A stretch of DNA of 64,000 nt, from the NCBI GenBank assembly GCA_963827235.1, contig CAWHAE010000016.1, positions 256,001-320,000 on the forward strand, in the 5' to 3' direction. The stretch is from an uncultured bacterium (GTDB lineage: Bacteria; Chloroflexota; UBA5177; JANWHV01). The position numbers were made by a program, and so were the translations under genes. Shown one piece after another: positions 19,384 to 28,660 of this stretch. How positions within the stretch are numbered: position 1 is the first letter of the stretch; the number at the start of each line of letters is the position of its first letter. Under the pieces are notes generated by a model, which ran no database searches, was not told where the DNA came from, and saw only the letters and a list, made by a program, of their open reading frames with translations.

Positions 19384-20376
19384 CTAGGCATACATGGTAT
19401 CGGCCCTCTGCCAGGGACGATTGACAAAGATGGTGAGCACGAAGCAGACGATGAACAACAGGAGACCGACGGACGAGGCATAGCCCATGGCGTTGGCTGT
19501 GAACGCTTCCCGATACATGCGCATGGCAGGCACCATCGTCGCGCTACCAGGACCGCCGTTCGTGAGAACCAGTATGGTCTCGAAACCTTGAACGCCGGCA
19601 ATCACCGCCAGCGTCAGCAAGAGCTTGATCTGGCCGGCGAGCAGCGGTACCTCGATATGGCGCACGCGACGAAAGCCCGCGCAATCGTCCAGCTCACTTG
19701 CCTCCAGTACTTCGGGAGGGATGTTGCCCAGGCCGGCGAGATAGATCAGGATATTCGTGCCGTTGAGCCAGGGAAAGCCGATGAACATCAAGGCGTAGAG
19801 CGCCGTATGGTAGTCGCCGAGCCAATCGTGCGCTAGGGCGCCCAAGCCTACGAAATCCAGAAAGGCATTGATCAAGCCGAGGTTGGGATCGTACAGGTAG
19901 CGCCAAAGCAGAATGGTCACTATTCCAGGCACCAGGACGGGAAGTATGACGAGAAAGCGATAGAGCGCCTTAGCGGTAGTGTTGCGCACGTGGAAGATGA
20001 GCAGTGCGATGCCGAGCGGCACGACGGCAGCGGTAACGGCGCCGGCAACCACCAGGCGAAGCATATTGGAGCTCTCCTGCCAGAATGCCGGGTCGCTGAA
20101 AGACTGCTGGAAGTTATCGAAGCCTACGAACGTACCGGCGCTCGTGCCGTCCCATGAGAAGAACGCGTGGTAGAATCCCGAAAGCGGCGGGAAATACATG
20201 AAGACGGCGAGCAGGGCAAAGATCGGCGCCAGCAGCATATAGGCGACGCGAGCGCGGGCGATCTCCCCCCAGAGCGAGCGCGGCGGACGCTCGAGGGCCA
20301 CAGTGCCGCCTGCCGGTTGTGGGGTTGTCGTGCCGGTACGCTCGTAAGCCATGCGCCGTCTACTTCTTTCGATCAA
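19384..20376 (-). CDS. Carbohydrate ABC transporter permease (MalF-like)
   Basis: FVGFDNF, YLAGLGNIPPEVLEASELD, TNGGPG. Start may be ATG at 20352. Confidence 0.92.
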   Translation of the reverse strand: MIERSRRRMAYERTGTTTPQPAGGTVALERPPRSLWGEIARARVAYMLLAPIFALLAVFMYFPPLSGFYHAFFSWDGTSAGTFVGFDNFQQSFSDPAFWQESSNMLRLVVAGAVTAAVVPLGIALLIFHVRNTTAKALYRFLVILPVLVPGIVTILLWRYLYDPNLGLINAFLDFVGLGALAHDWLGDYHTALYALMFIGFPWLNGTNILIYLAGLGNIPPEVLEASELDDCAGFRRVRHIEVPLLAGQIKLLLTLAVIAGVQGFETILVLTNGGPGSATMVPAMRMYREAFTANAMGYASSVGLLLFIVCFVLTIFVNRPWQRADTMYA

Positions 20377-20843
20377 CTCTGTTTCGGATGCAGTAGGTGG
20401 ACACGTACCGTCGTCGACTTGTCCACTTCGATGATCCGCCCCAGAGACGTGTCCGTGAACTGAATCCGGGCGTCCGTAGCCGTGTCGTACGGCGAAGCCG
20501 GCAGGCTGGTGTAGGTGAACGTCGCCTCGCCCATGCGGTTCGTGAGGGCCAATAGCGGTACCAGATAGCCGCTATCGAGCGACACGGCCTCCACGTAGTC
20601 GCTCGACCTCGGCTTGCCGCCTTCCGTGACCCGCACCACGATGTGCGATTTAGAGGTCCCGTCGGCAGGAATGGCCGGAGGCTTCACGGTGACGCCGAGG
20701 TCGACGCTCGATAGCGAGTGCATGGTGGCGAACCAATCGCCCACACAGAGCAGCAGAACCGCCAGGCAGACCGCGAGAGCTGCGTTTCGCCACGGCGCTA
20801 GTGGGTTGATCGGGGCAGATGGCGCATGTTCCATCGACAGCAT
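20373..20843 (-). CDS. Single-TM protein with a bacterial Ig-like (Big_1/invasin-like) domain
   Basis: TM segment AALAVCLAVLLLCVG; PPAIPADGTSKSHIVVRV...TNRMGEATFTYTS; GAGGAG RBS. Confidence 0.7.
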   Translation of the reverse strand: MLSMEHAPSAPINPLAPWRNAALAVCLAVLLLCVGDWFATMHSLSSVDLGVTVKPPAIPADGTSKSHIVVRVTEGGKPRSSDYVEAVSLDSGYLVPLLALTNRMGEATFTYTSLPASPYDTATDARIQFTDTSLGRIIEVDKSTTVRVHLLHPKQS

Positions 20844-20857
20844 GTGGCTCGCTCCTC

Positions 20858-20895
20858 GCCGCCGTATCGGGACGTGGCGGTCCCGATACGGCGGC
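20858..20895 (-). repeat. Perfect 16-bp inverted repeat just after the solute-binding protein gene (mRNA stabiliser or attenuator)
   Basis: GCCGCCGTATCGGGAC-gtggcg-GTCCCGATACGGCGGC. Confidence 0.7.
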
Positions 20896-20927
20896 ACGTG
20901 CCTGCGTGCTTTCGGCTCGACTCGGCT

Positions 20928-22415
20928 CTACTTGAGCATAGCCTTTGCCGACGCGATCAATTCCTTCTCGAGCTGATCGAAGAATGTCTGCTCAGAGATC
21001 TGGCCCGTGACCCAGCTTACGAACGAGCGGCGTCCTTCCTGGTCGGTCTCCGGCGTATTGGGGAAGACGACCTGCCAGCCGCTGATCGTGTACTTGTACT
21101 TCGGGAAGCTGTAGTGCGTGAACTGCGCCCAGATCGGGTTCAGCGGCTGGTTCGGCACCGGTGGAATGCCGTCACCGTACTCGTTGACCAGATAGGCGAG
21201 GTTGGTGGGCGTGCCGAGGAACTGCAGGTACTTGAGCGCCGCAGCGAAGTTGTTGTGCGCCGTGGTCGAGCTCTTCATGATGCAGAGGTGCGTGGTGCCC
21301 TGCAGCGGATCCAGCAGGATGCTGCTTGGGTCGACCTTACCGTTCGCCTTGGTCATGCCGACGGGATCGGAGGCTAACGGATCGTCGGCATGCGTGATTG
21401 CCGGTGCCGGAGCGGCGACCCGGTTGAACGACAGGGTAGGATCGTTCATCAGGTTGCGGATCTGCCAGTTGCCCTGGTACTGGATCCCGAGCTTGCCTTC
21501 CCGCCACAGGAGGTCCAGATCCGTCGACGCCCAGCCCGACGTCCACAGCTTGGCCAGCTTGTATTCTTCCTCCCATAGAGCCTTTAGCTGCGGCGTCTTG
21601 ACGCTGATCTTGCCCGACACCACCGCATTCGAAGCGTCGGTGACGTTGAGGTTGCCGGTGTGCGTCGTGTCGAGCTGCGGTATGATCGTCTGGAAGAAGG
21701 CTTCGCCGAGCTGGAAGTAGATCGGCCAGACGTTCCCTTCCTTGGCTTCGCTAGGCCAGGGCGAGATGCCGCCATAGCCCATGGACTCAAGCTTCTGACC
21801 GGCGGCAAGCTCCTGGCTCCAGGTCGTGGGCACGCTGAGACCGGCCTTCTTGAGCGCGTCCTTATTGACGGCGAGCTCGACCGTCACACCGGGGAAGTTG
21901 GTGTTGACCGGGAGATACCAGTTCTTGCCGCCGGCGTAGGTCATCGACGTCTGGATGTTGGGGTAGAAGACGTCGATCCAATGCTTGTTCCCAGGAATGT
22001 ACGGGTTAGGCTGATGGAAATACTGCGTGAGATCGGCGCACCAGCCATTGTCTTGCGCAGCGGCACCGTTCACCGTGTCGGCCTCAACTTCCGGGACGGT
22101 TGCCGCCGCGTTGCGTGCAGCCAGCCACGGCGCGAAGCCCTGGCTCGCCTGTTCGCTCGGCACGCTCTCAACCGGCACGAGGTTAACCTTGATGCCCGGA
22201 TTGGCGGCTTCAAATCGTTGCGTCAAGAGAATGAGAGCTCGGTGAAGAAATGGATGCTGCGCGTCCACCTGCGTCACCTTGCTCGGAGCAAAGATCGATC
22301 CGGCAAAGACGTTGATTGTGACGGTGCTTTGAGCGTGGCTTACACCCGGCCCCCCTGCCATGGCGGGTAGAATGAACAGGCCTGAGATGAGCAGTCGGCT
22401 CATAACCCGGGACAT
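20928..22415 (-). CDS. Sugar ABC transporter solute-binding protein
   Basis: Signal peptide; RFEAANPGIKVNL, NKDALKKAGLSVPTTW, AALKYLQFL; first gene upstream of two permeases. Confidence 0.9.
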   Translation of the reverse strand: MSRVMSRLLISGLFILPAMAGGPGVSHAQSTVTINVFAGSIFAPSKVTQVDAQHPFLHRALILLTQRFEAANPGIKVNLVPVESVPSEQASQGFAPWLAARNAAATVPEVEADTVNGAAAQDNGWCADLTQYFHQPNPYIPGNKHWIDVFYPNIQTSMTYAGGKNWYLPVNTNFPGVTVELAVNKDALKKAGLSVPTTWSQELAAGQKLESMGYGGISPWPSEAKEGNVWPIYFQLGEAFFQTIIPQLDTTHTGNLNVTDASNAVVSGKISVKTPQLKALWEEEYKLAKLWTSGWASTDLDLLWREGKLGIQYQGNWQIRNLMNDPTLSFNRVAAPAPAITHADDPLASDPVGMTKANGKVDPSSILLDPLQGTTHLCIMKSSTTAHNNFAAALKYLQFLGTPTNLAYLVNEYGDGIPPVPNQPLNPIWAQFTHYSFPKYKYTISGWQVVFPNTPETDQEGRRSFVSWVTGQISEQTFFDQLEKELIASAKAMLK

Positions 22416-22635
22416 GTCTGTTCCTCCTCGTTGAGTCGTGCATTGTTGATAGGGCGAGTACCAATGGTAGTCGTCGTCCCCGGTCCCCTCCGCGTCAGCC
22501 TCCGCGAGCTATCGGCAGTTCCTCCTTTCGAGCACGTGTCGAGCGATACCAGGGTAGAAGTCTGTGCGCAAGCCCAATTCGGTCGGCGCGCGGCGTGAAG
22601 GACGGGGCAGTCCTACTCCATCGCTACGAGCCCAG

Positions 22636-22659
22636 CAGGATCGTTCCTAGGACCGTTCC
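22636..22659. promoter_or_regulatory. LacI-type operator (tandem), left copy
   Basis: C-AGGATCGTTCCT-AGGACCGTTCC: two CG-centred near-palindromes; 17 nt are identical to 22849-22865. Confidence 0.75.
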
Positions 22660-22679
22660 GATCCGCGTCGACGGGTCCC

Positions 22680-22708
22680 ATCATAGCCGCCGCGAGCGGG
22701 TTTGTCAA
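22680..22708 (-). promoter_or_regulatory. Sigma70-type promoter for the ABC/catabolic operon
   Basis: Minus-strand TTGACA (22708-22703), 17-nt spacer, TATGAT (22685-22680). Confidence 0.85.
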
Positions 22709-22800
22709 TGAACGTCCGCAAGCTTCTTACCGGCGGTTTCGACGGCATATCTGCTCACCTCGATCCACAGTCAGCCGTGCGCAGCGAGCTGCGGGCGCCG

Positions 22801-22829
22801 TTGACAGCGCGACACGACACGGCTATGAT
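22801..22829 (+). promoter_or_regulatory. Sigma70-type promoter for the lacI-led operon
   Basis: TTGACA (22801-22806), 17-nt spacer, TATGAT (22824-22829). Confidence 0.85.
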
Positions 22830-22848
22830 GGTCAGCGTGACCGGGCGT

Positions 22849-22869
22849 CAGGATCGTTCCTAGGAACGA
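22849..22869. promoter_or_regulatory. LacI-type operator, right copy
   Basis: C-AGGATCGTTCCT-AGGAACGA, about 20 nt downstream of the -10 box. Confidence 0.75.
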
Positions 22870-22902
22870 AACGCGCCCCTCGGACGCTTGTGGGCAGGTA
22901 AG

Positions 22903-23994
22903 ATGGCTGTCAAGACGAGGCGAATCACGAGCAGGGACGTGGCGCGCGTGGCGGGCGTCTCGCCAAATACGGTATCCCTTGTGATGCAGAACAGCCCGCT
23001 GGTCACTCCGGCCATGAAAGCGCGCGTTCAGGCGGTGGTCGAGCAGCTGGGCTATCGACCGCATGCGGCTGCAGCCGCGCTTCGCTCATCGCGCTCCTAC
23101 ACGCTGGGATACCTGGTCCAGCGCGGATACGAGGAACAGACAAGGGCCGCCACTGCCAGGGAGACCTACGCCGCGATCGACGTCTCCCACAATCAGCTCG
23201 TGAGCGCCATCGGTGCGCAGGCTCAAGCCGCCGGATACTACCTGCTGGTCGACATGTTCGTCGACGTGCCGCGCTGCCTCGCACTGCTTAGCGGCGCGCG
23301 CATCGACGGGGCGCTCGTCGACTGGCTCATCCCCGATGCAGTGTTGCAGGACCTGATTGGGCATCACGTCCCAATCGTACTCGTCGGGCGTTCCGCGGGC
23401 GACCTGCCGGTCAACTGGGTCAAGGCCGATGAAGAGGGCGGCGCCTTCCTGGCCACCCGCCACCTTGCAGAGCTTGGCCATCGCCACCTGGGCATGCTGT
23501 CCGCGGCCGGACCCCAGAAGCAGGCCAACGCGCAGACATGGGAGCGCGAGGCGGGCTTCCGGCGGGCCATCGCCCAGATGGGCCTGATGATCGATCCTCG
23601 GTCCCAGCTATATGGCGACTGGACCTTCAAGTCCGGGTACGAGCAGGGTCTGGCCATGCTCCGGCTGCAGCCGCGCCCAACCGCCGTTTACGTGCTCGGC
23701 GAGTACATGGCGGCCGGCCTTCTTGAAGCCGCAGCGGACCTTGGACTGAAAGTCCCTGACGATCTGGCAGTCGTGACCAGCCAGGGTACGCTGCTCGCGG
23801 ACGTCGTGCGGCCGAGGCTCACCACGATCCACGTGCCGATCTACGAGGTCGGCCTTCGAGCCACCGAGATGCTGCTGAACATGCTGGCCGGTGCAGCATC
23901 CGATCCGCCGCAGCAAATCGTCCTGCCCACCAGCCTCATGGTGGGCGAATCTACCGTACCCCCGTCTGCCGCAGCGGCGCGAGCCGCCAAGTAG
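22903..23994 (+). CDS. LacI family transcriptional regulator
   Basis: TSRDVARVAGVSPNTVS HTH, LGYRPHAAAAAL hinge, VPDDLAVV, PRLTTI. Confidence 0.95.
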   Translation: MAVKTRRITSRDVARVAGVSPNTVSLVMQNSPLVTPAMKARVQAVVEQLGYRPHAAAAALRSSRSYTLGYLVQRGYEEQTRAATARETYAAIDVSHNQLVSAIGAQAQAAGYYLLVDMFVDVPRCLALLSGARIDGALVDWLIPDAVLQDLIGHHVPIVLVGRSAGDLPVNWVKADEEGGAFLATRHLAELGHRHLGMLSAAGPQKQANAQTWEREAGFRRAIAQMGLMIDPRSQLYGDWTFKSGYEQGLAMLRLQPRPTAVYVLGEYMAAGLLEAAADLGLKVPDDLAVVTSQGTLLADVVRPRLTTIHVPIYEVGLRATEMLLNMLAGAASDPPQQIVLPTSLMVGESTVPPSAAAARAAK

Positions 23995-24010
23995 AGCCGC
24001 GGAGCTCACT

Positions 24011-24980
24011 ATGCGCATCGTGGTCGTCGGCGGTACCGGGCACATAGGGACGTATCTGTGCCCTCGTCTGGTGGAGGCTGGCCACCAGGTCATCTCGATC
24101 AGCCGCGGCATGCAGGCACCATTCCAGCACCGCGTCGCCTGGACGTCAATTCAGCGGTTGGCGGCGGACCGGGATGCCGAAGACGCGGCCGGCGTGTTCG
24201 GCTCTCGAATCCTCGACCTGCACCCTGACGCGGTGATTGACCTGATTCTGCTTCGAGCCCCACAGCGCGCGACTGCTTGTCGACGCGCTGCGCGGTTCGG
24301 TGCGCCATTTACTGCACTGTGGCACGCTCTGGGTGCATGGCGTCAATATCGAAGTGCCGGCTCGTGAGAGTAATCCACGCCATCCCATCGACGACTACGG
24401 CAGAAAGAAAGCCGAAATCGAAGCATACCTGCTTGACGAGGCGCAGCGTTCCGGCTTCCCCGCAACCGTCATTCATCCCGGTCACATCGTGGGACGAGGA
24501 TGGAGCCCGATCAATCCAGTCGGCAACTGGAACCCGCGGGTATTCAGCTGCCTGGCACATGGACGCGAGCTTGTACTACCCAACAACGGGCAGGAGACCA
24601 TGCACCACGTGCACGCCGACGACGTCGCCCAACTCTTCGAGCTATCGCTGAATCACCACAGTCTGTCGGTCGGCGAGAGTTTCCACGCGCTCTCCCCCGC
24701 CGCGCTCACCATGCGCGGCTACGCTACCGCGGCGGCAGCCTGGTTCGGCCAGGAGGCACATCTGCGCTTCCTGCCCTGGGAGAAATGGCGGGAGACGGTA
24801 AGCGAATCCGATGCCGAGCTGACCTGGGGCCACATCGCGCATAGCACGAACGGCAGTATCGCCAAGGCGCAGCATGTGCTTGGTTACCAGCCGCGCTACA
24901 CGTCGCTGCAAGCCATTCGCGAGTCTGTGGTCTGGCTGGTCGATCACGGCGTGGTCGACGCGCCGCCGCTGGACGTTTGA
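24011..24980 (+). pseudogene. NAD-dependent epimerase/dehydratase with a +1 frameshift at about 24246 (probably a sequencing error)
   Basis: VVGGTGHIG in one frame and YGRKK/HPGHIVG in another; removing one base gives continuous IDLICFEPHSARLLVDALRGSVRH. Confidence 0.85.
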
Positions 24981-25206
24981 TTCGCCGCGAGGTAACCCGA
25001 TGCTGCCGGCAGCCGGGTGCTGCTTTCCCTGTTGGCGAACAGGAACTGCCGGCAGGTCGCCGGCGGCAATGTCGGCTATCGTATGCCCCAAAGCCGTACC
25101 ATGCAGGGCAGGGTCTGGCGAGCCGAGATCCTTGCAGGCAATGCAGCCCGACCGCTGGTGGAGCCGGCGGGCGCCGAAGTCGACAAGCCAGGGAGTCGAT
25201 AGCGCT

Positions 25207-26490
25207 ATGAAGGTCCAGCTGGCATATGGTCGAGAGGGACTGTGGGTCGACCTTCCCGATCGGAATGTGGACGTCATCGAGCCGTGGGAGGTGCCGTGCC
25301 TGCCGGACGAGATCGAGGCCATCCGTACGGCGCTCCGCACTCCTCTCGGCGCTAGACCGCTTGGCGAGCTCACGCAGGCGGAGGACGACGTGGTGATCGT
25401 GGTGAGCGACGGCACGCGCCCCACCCCCAGCGCGCGTATCTTGCCCGCGATTCTGGCTGAGTTGCAGCATGTGCGGCGCGACAGGATAACGATCCTGGTC
25501 GCAACGGGAACCCATCGAGCAAATACGCCCGGAGAGCTGGACGAGATGCTCGGCATCGAGGTGGCGCGAGGCTACAGGGTGGTCAATCACGACGCCCGGA
25601 ACCGGGATACGCTGCGCTACGTCGGCGAGAGCGCGCGCGGCCACCCAGTCTGGCTGAACTCTCGCTACCTCGCGGCGACCGTGAGGATTCTCACCGGCTT
25701 TGTCGAGCCTCACTTCTTCGCCGGTTTCTCGGGCGGGCCGAAGGCCGTGATGCCCGGCCTAGCCGGCATGGACACGGTGTTGTGGAATCATTGCCCGGGC
25801 ATGATCTCGCACCCGCTTGCCACGTTCGGCGTGCTCGAAGGCAATCCGATACATGAGGAACAACGAGAGATCGCGCGGTCGACGTTGCCGACCTTCAGCG
25901 TCAATGTGACTCTCGACGCAAGGCACCGCCTTACCGGAGTCTGGGCCGGCGAAATGGATGCCGTCCACGCCGAGGCCGTGGCGTTCGTGCGCCGTACGGC
26001 TGTGCGGCCGATCGAACACTGCTACGACGTGGTAGTCACGACAAACAGCGGCTATCCGCTGGACCAGAACTTGTACCAGGCGGTCAAAGGAATGAGCGCC
26101 GCCGCCCGCGCCGTGCGAACCGGAGGCGCCATCGTACTGGCGGCCGAGTGCAGTGACGGAATTCCCTCTCACGGCACCTACGCCGATCTGCTGCGAGGGG
26201 CGGCGTCACTCGATGAGCTCCTCGCCGCCATTGAGACCTCACCCTCTCCGCTGGCCGACGGCTGGCAGGCACAGATTCAGGCCCAGGTGCAACGGAGCAG
26301 CGCCGTGTATCTATATTCCTCGCTGCCCGACGCGCTGGTCCGCGACGCCCACTTGTCGCCGACCCATGACGTCGGAGCTACGGTGCGGGCCCTGCAGGCA
26401 GACCTTGGGCCGGAGACGTCGGTGCTGGCACTCCCACAGGGTCCCCGCACCATCGTGAGCCGGGAACCGCTGGCCGCCGAGGCACGATGA
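25207..26490 (+). CDS. larA: Nickel-pincer-dependent lactate racemase (LarA) family epimerase
   Basis: SDGTRPTP, ATGTHR, NHD, EPHFFAGFSGGPKAVMPG, GYPLDQNLYQAVKG. Confidence 0.9.
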   Translation: MKVQLAYGREGLWVDLPDRNVDVIEPWEVPCLPDEIEAIRTALRTPLGARPLGELTQAEDDVVIVVSDGTRPTPSARILPAILAELQHVRRDRITILVATGTHRANTPGELDEMLGIEVARGYRVVNHDARNRDTLRYVGESARGHPVWLNSRYLAATVRILTGFVEPHFFAGFSGGPKAVMPGLAGMDTVLWNHCPGMISHPLATFGVLEGNPIHEEQREIARSTLPTFSVNVTLDARHRLTGVWAGEMDAVHAEAVAFVRRTAVRPIEHCYDVVVTTNSGYPLDQNLYQAVKGMSAAARAVRTGGAIVLAAECSDGIPSHGTYADLLRGAASLDELLAAIETSPSPLADGWQAQIQAQVQRSSAVYLYSSLPDALVRDAHLSPTHDVGATVRALQADLGPETSVLALPQGPRTIVSREPLAAEAR

Positions 26491-26551
26491 CGACCGTACC
26501 GGTGTACGTGCCGGCGCCGTTCACAGGTCCGCTACGATGCAAGGAGTCACC

Positions 26552-27436
26552 ATGGCTGAGCCGCGAGATGGCTATCTGACGGCGCCCACCACGGGCCTGG
26601 AGATTCACTATCGTGAATGGGAGGGGCGGGAAAGTTCCCGGACCGGCCATGCGCCCGTGGTGTTGCTGCACGGGCTGGCGTCGACCTGCCGCATCTACGA
26701 TTTGTGTGCACCCATGCTAGCTCAGACGCGGCGGGTGGTGGCCTACGACCAGCGGGGCCACGGAGATACCGCAAAGCCCGAGACCGGCTACGCCACGGAG
26801 ACCTTCGTGTTGGACGGAGCAGGCGTGGCGCGGGCGCTTGGGCTCGCGGAGCCCTACGTCGTGGTCGGCCACTCCTGGGGCGCCAGCATCGCCCTCGCAT
26901 GGGCGGCCCGCCGCCCACAGGCGGTACGCGCCGTCGTCCTGATCGACGGCGCGATCTTCCCGTACCGCGAGGCACCCGGCGCCACCTGGGAATCAGTCAG
27001 CACCCGTCTTGCCCCGCCCGACCTGAGTGCGCTGACCCTCGACGATCTGCTCGGCCGAGCCGGTGGCGCACTGAGCTTCGTGGACCAGGAGTTCCGCCGC
27101 GCCTACCTGGAAGCGCTGTTCCTGGTCGCGGAGGACGGCACAATCCGACCCAGGCTGTCGCGGGAGAACCACATGCGCATCTTGCGCACCATGTGGGACG
27201 AGGACGTCGACGCTGCATTCGGCGCACTCGAGTGCCCCGCCCTGGCTCTCCTGGCTGAGCGGGCGCCGGCCGGCGGCGAAGAAGGCGAGCTCGACCTGCT
27301 GCGGCGCCGCATGGCCCAGCGGCTCGTGCGGGCGCAGCCTCTGCTCAGCGTCCGCTGGCTTCGCGACACGGTTCACGACGTGCCCCTACAGCGGCCAGAC
27401 GTCGTGGCAGAGGCGATCCTGACCATGGATAGATAG
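26552..27436 (+). CDS. Alpha/beta fold hydrolase
   Basis: LLHGL, DQRGHG, nucleophile elbow GHSWG, C-terminal His (VHDVP). Confidence 0.92.
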   Translation: MAEPRDGYLTAPTTGLEIHYREWEGRESSRTGHAPVVLLHGLASTCRIYDLCAPMLAQTRRVVAYDQRGHGDTAKPETGYATETFVLDGAGVARALGLAEPYVVVGHSWGASIALAWAARRPQAVRAVVLIDGAIFPYREAPGATWESVSTRLAPPDLSALTLDDLLGRAGGALSFVDQEFRRAYLEALFLVAEDGTIRPRLSRENHMRILRTMWDEDVDAAFGALECPALALLAERAPAGGEEGELDLLRRRMAQRLVRAQPLLSVRWLRDTVHDVPLQRPDVVAEAILTMDR

Positions 27437-27556
27437 TCGCCCAGCGATCGGGTTCCGGGGGTGGCCCTCGCACGTGGCGCAGTGGTCGCCCATCATCCGT
27501 CGGCTCGGGCCGCGTTGATCATAAGTGCCGGAAAGCGCGAACTGGGAGCAGAGCCT

Positions 27557-28243
27557 GTGACGACGTCGAGTGCCGCCGGCCAACCGGAGCGGGTCTACCT
27601 GGAGATTGGGCAGAAGCGCGTGTTCGCCTGCGCGACCGACTGGCCCGGCTGGTGCCGCTCGGCGAAGAGCGAAGATCTGGCCCTGGAGGCGCTCACCGGT
27701 TACGCCCGCCGCTACGCCCTCGTCGCCCGGGAGGCCGGGCTGCCGTTCGCTCTCGAGGCGGATCGCCCGTTCCGAGTCGTCGAGCGAGTCAGCGGCTCGG
27801 CCGGCTACACCGACTACGGTGTGCCCGGCACCGTGGCCGGCGCCGACCGGCAGCCGTGGCGGCCCGAGGATGCGGAGCGCCACGTCGCCCTGCTCGAGGC
27901 TGCCTGGAAGGTATTCGACCTGGTAGCCGCGACCGCACCGCCTGAGCTGCGCAGGGGTCCACGTGGCGGAGGCCGGGACCGGGACCGCCTCGTGGATCAC
28001 GTGCTTGGGGCCGAGGCATCCTATGCGCGCAAGCTCGGCGTGACCCACCGCCAGCCGGCACGCGGCGACCGGGGTGCCGTGGCCGCCCTGCGTGGCGCCA
28101 TCGCGGCTGCACTGCGGGCAACCAAAGGGAGCATCCCGACCGGCAAGACCGGCTGGCCGCCTCGCTCTGCCGTCCGCCGCATTACCTGGCATGTGCTGGA
28201 CCATGCGTGGGAGATAGAGGACCGCAGCCGGCCCGCGGACTGA
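27557..28243 (+). CDS. Conserved hypothetical protein (DinB-like C-terminal region)
   Basis: DWPGWCRS, LRRGPRGGGRDRD, RRITWHVLDHAWEIEDRS; strong codon bias. Start uncertain. Confidence 0.75.
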   Translation: MTTSSAAGQPERVYLEIGQKRVFACATDWPGWCRSAKSEDLALEALTGYARRYALVAREAGLPFALEADRPFRVVERVSGSAGYTDYGVPGTVAGADRQPWRPEDAERHVALLEAAWKVFDLVAATAPPELRRGPRGGGRDRDRLVDHVLGAEASYARKLGVTHRQPARGDRGAVAALRGAIAAALRATKGSIPTGKTGWPPRSAVRRITWHVLDHAWEIEDRSRPAD

Positions 28244-28660
28244 ACGGTGTGCCGCCGGCCTTCGGAGAGAGACGCGCTTTGCCGTTTCCCCTTTGGCGCG
28301 AAACAGCCGGGGACGCGGATGGGTTCGCAGGGCCGATCGCCTGCCTGTAAGCCAGCAGTCGATGTCGACGGCGGTATGAAGGTGTAGCCGGCCCGCGGAA
28401 ACCACGGCAAGCAGCACACGCCAAGCCATCCCCCAAATTTCCTACAGAAAGGCATCAATCTGCTTCCGATAATTAAGGCTGCGGCGCGTCCTGGGCGCGT
28501 GCCACGTACCTCTGCGCAGGCCCTGTGCCGGGTTTCTCCCGGGCCGACCTGCAGATTGAGCCAGCTTCCCTCGATGGAGGCGAGTCTGAGAACTTCGGCG
28601 ACCCGTGTCAATGCTTGCGACGTTGGCAACTGAAAGGCTAGTAGCAGGGAGAACGCGTGG

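Noticed and set aside
28244-28660. Riboswitch (e.g. c-di-GMP-I) in the leader of the main cluster
   Set aside because: Only scattered GAAA/GGGACGC fragments; I could not build the conserved structure. An Rfam search would settle it.
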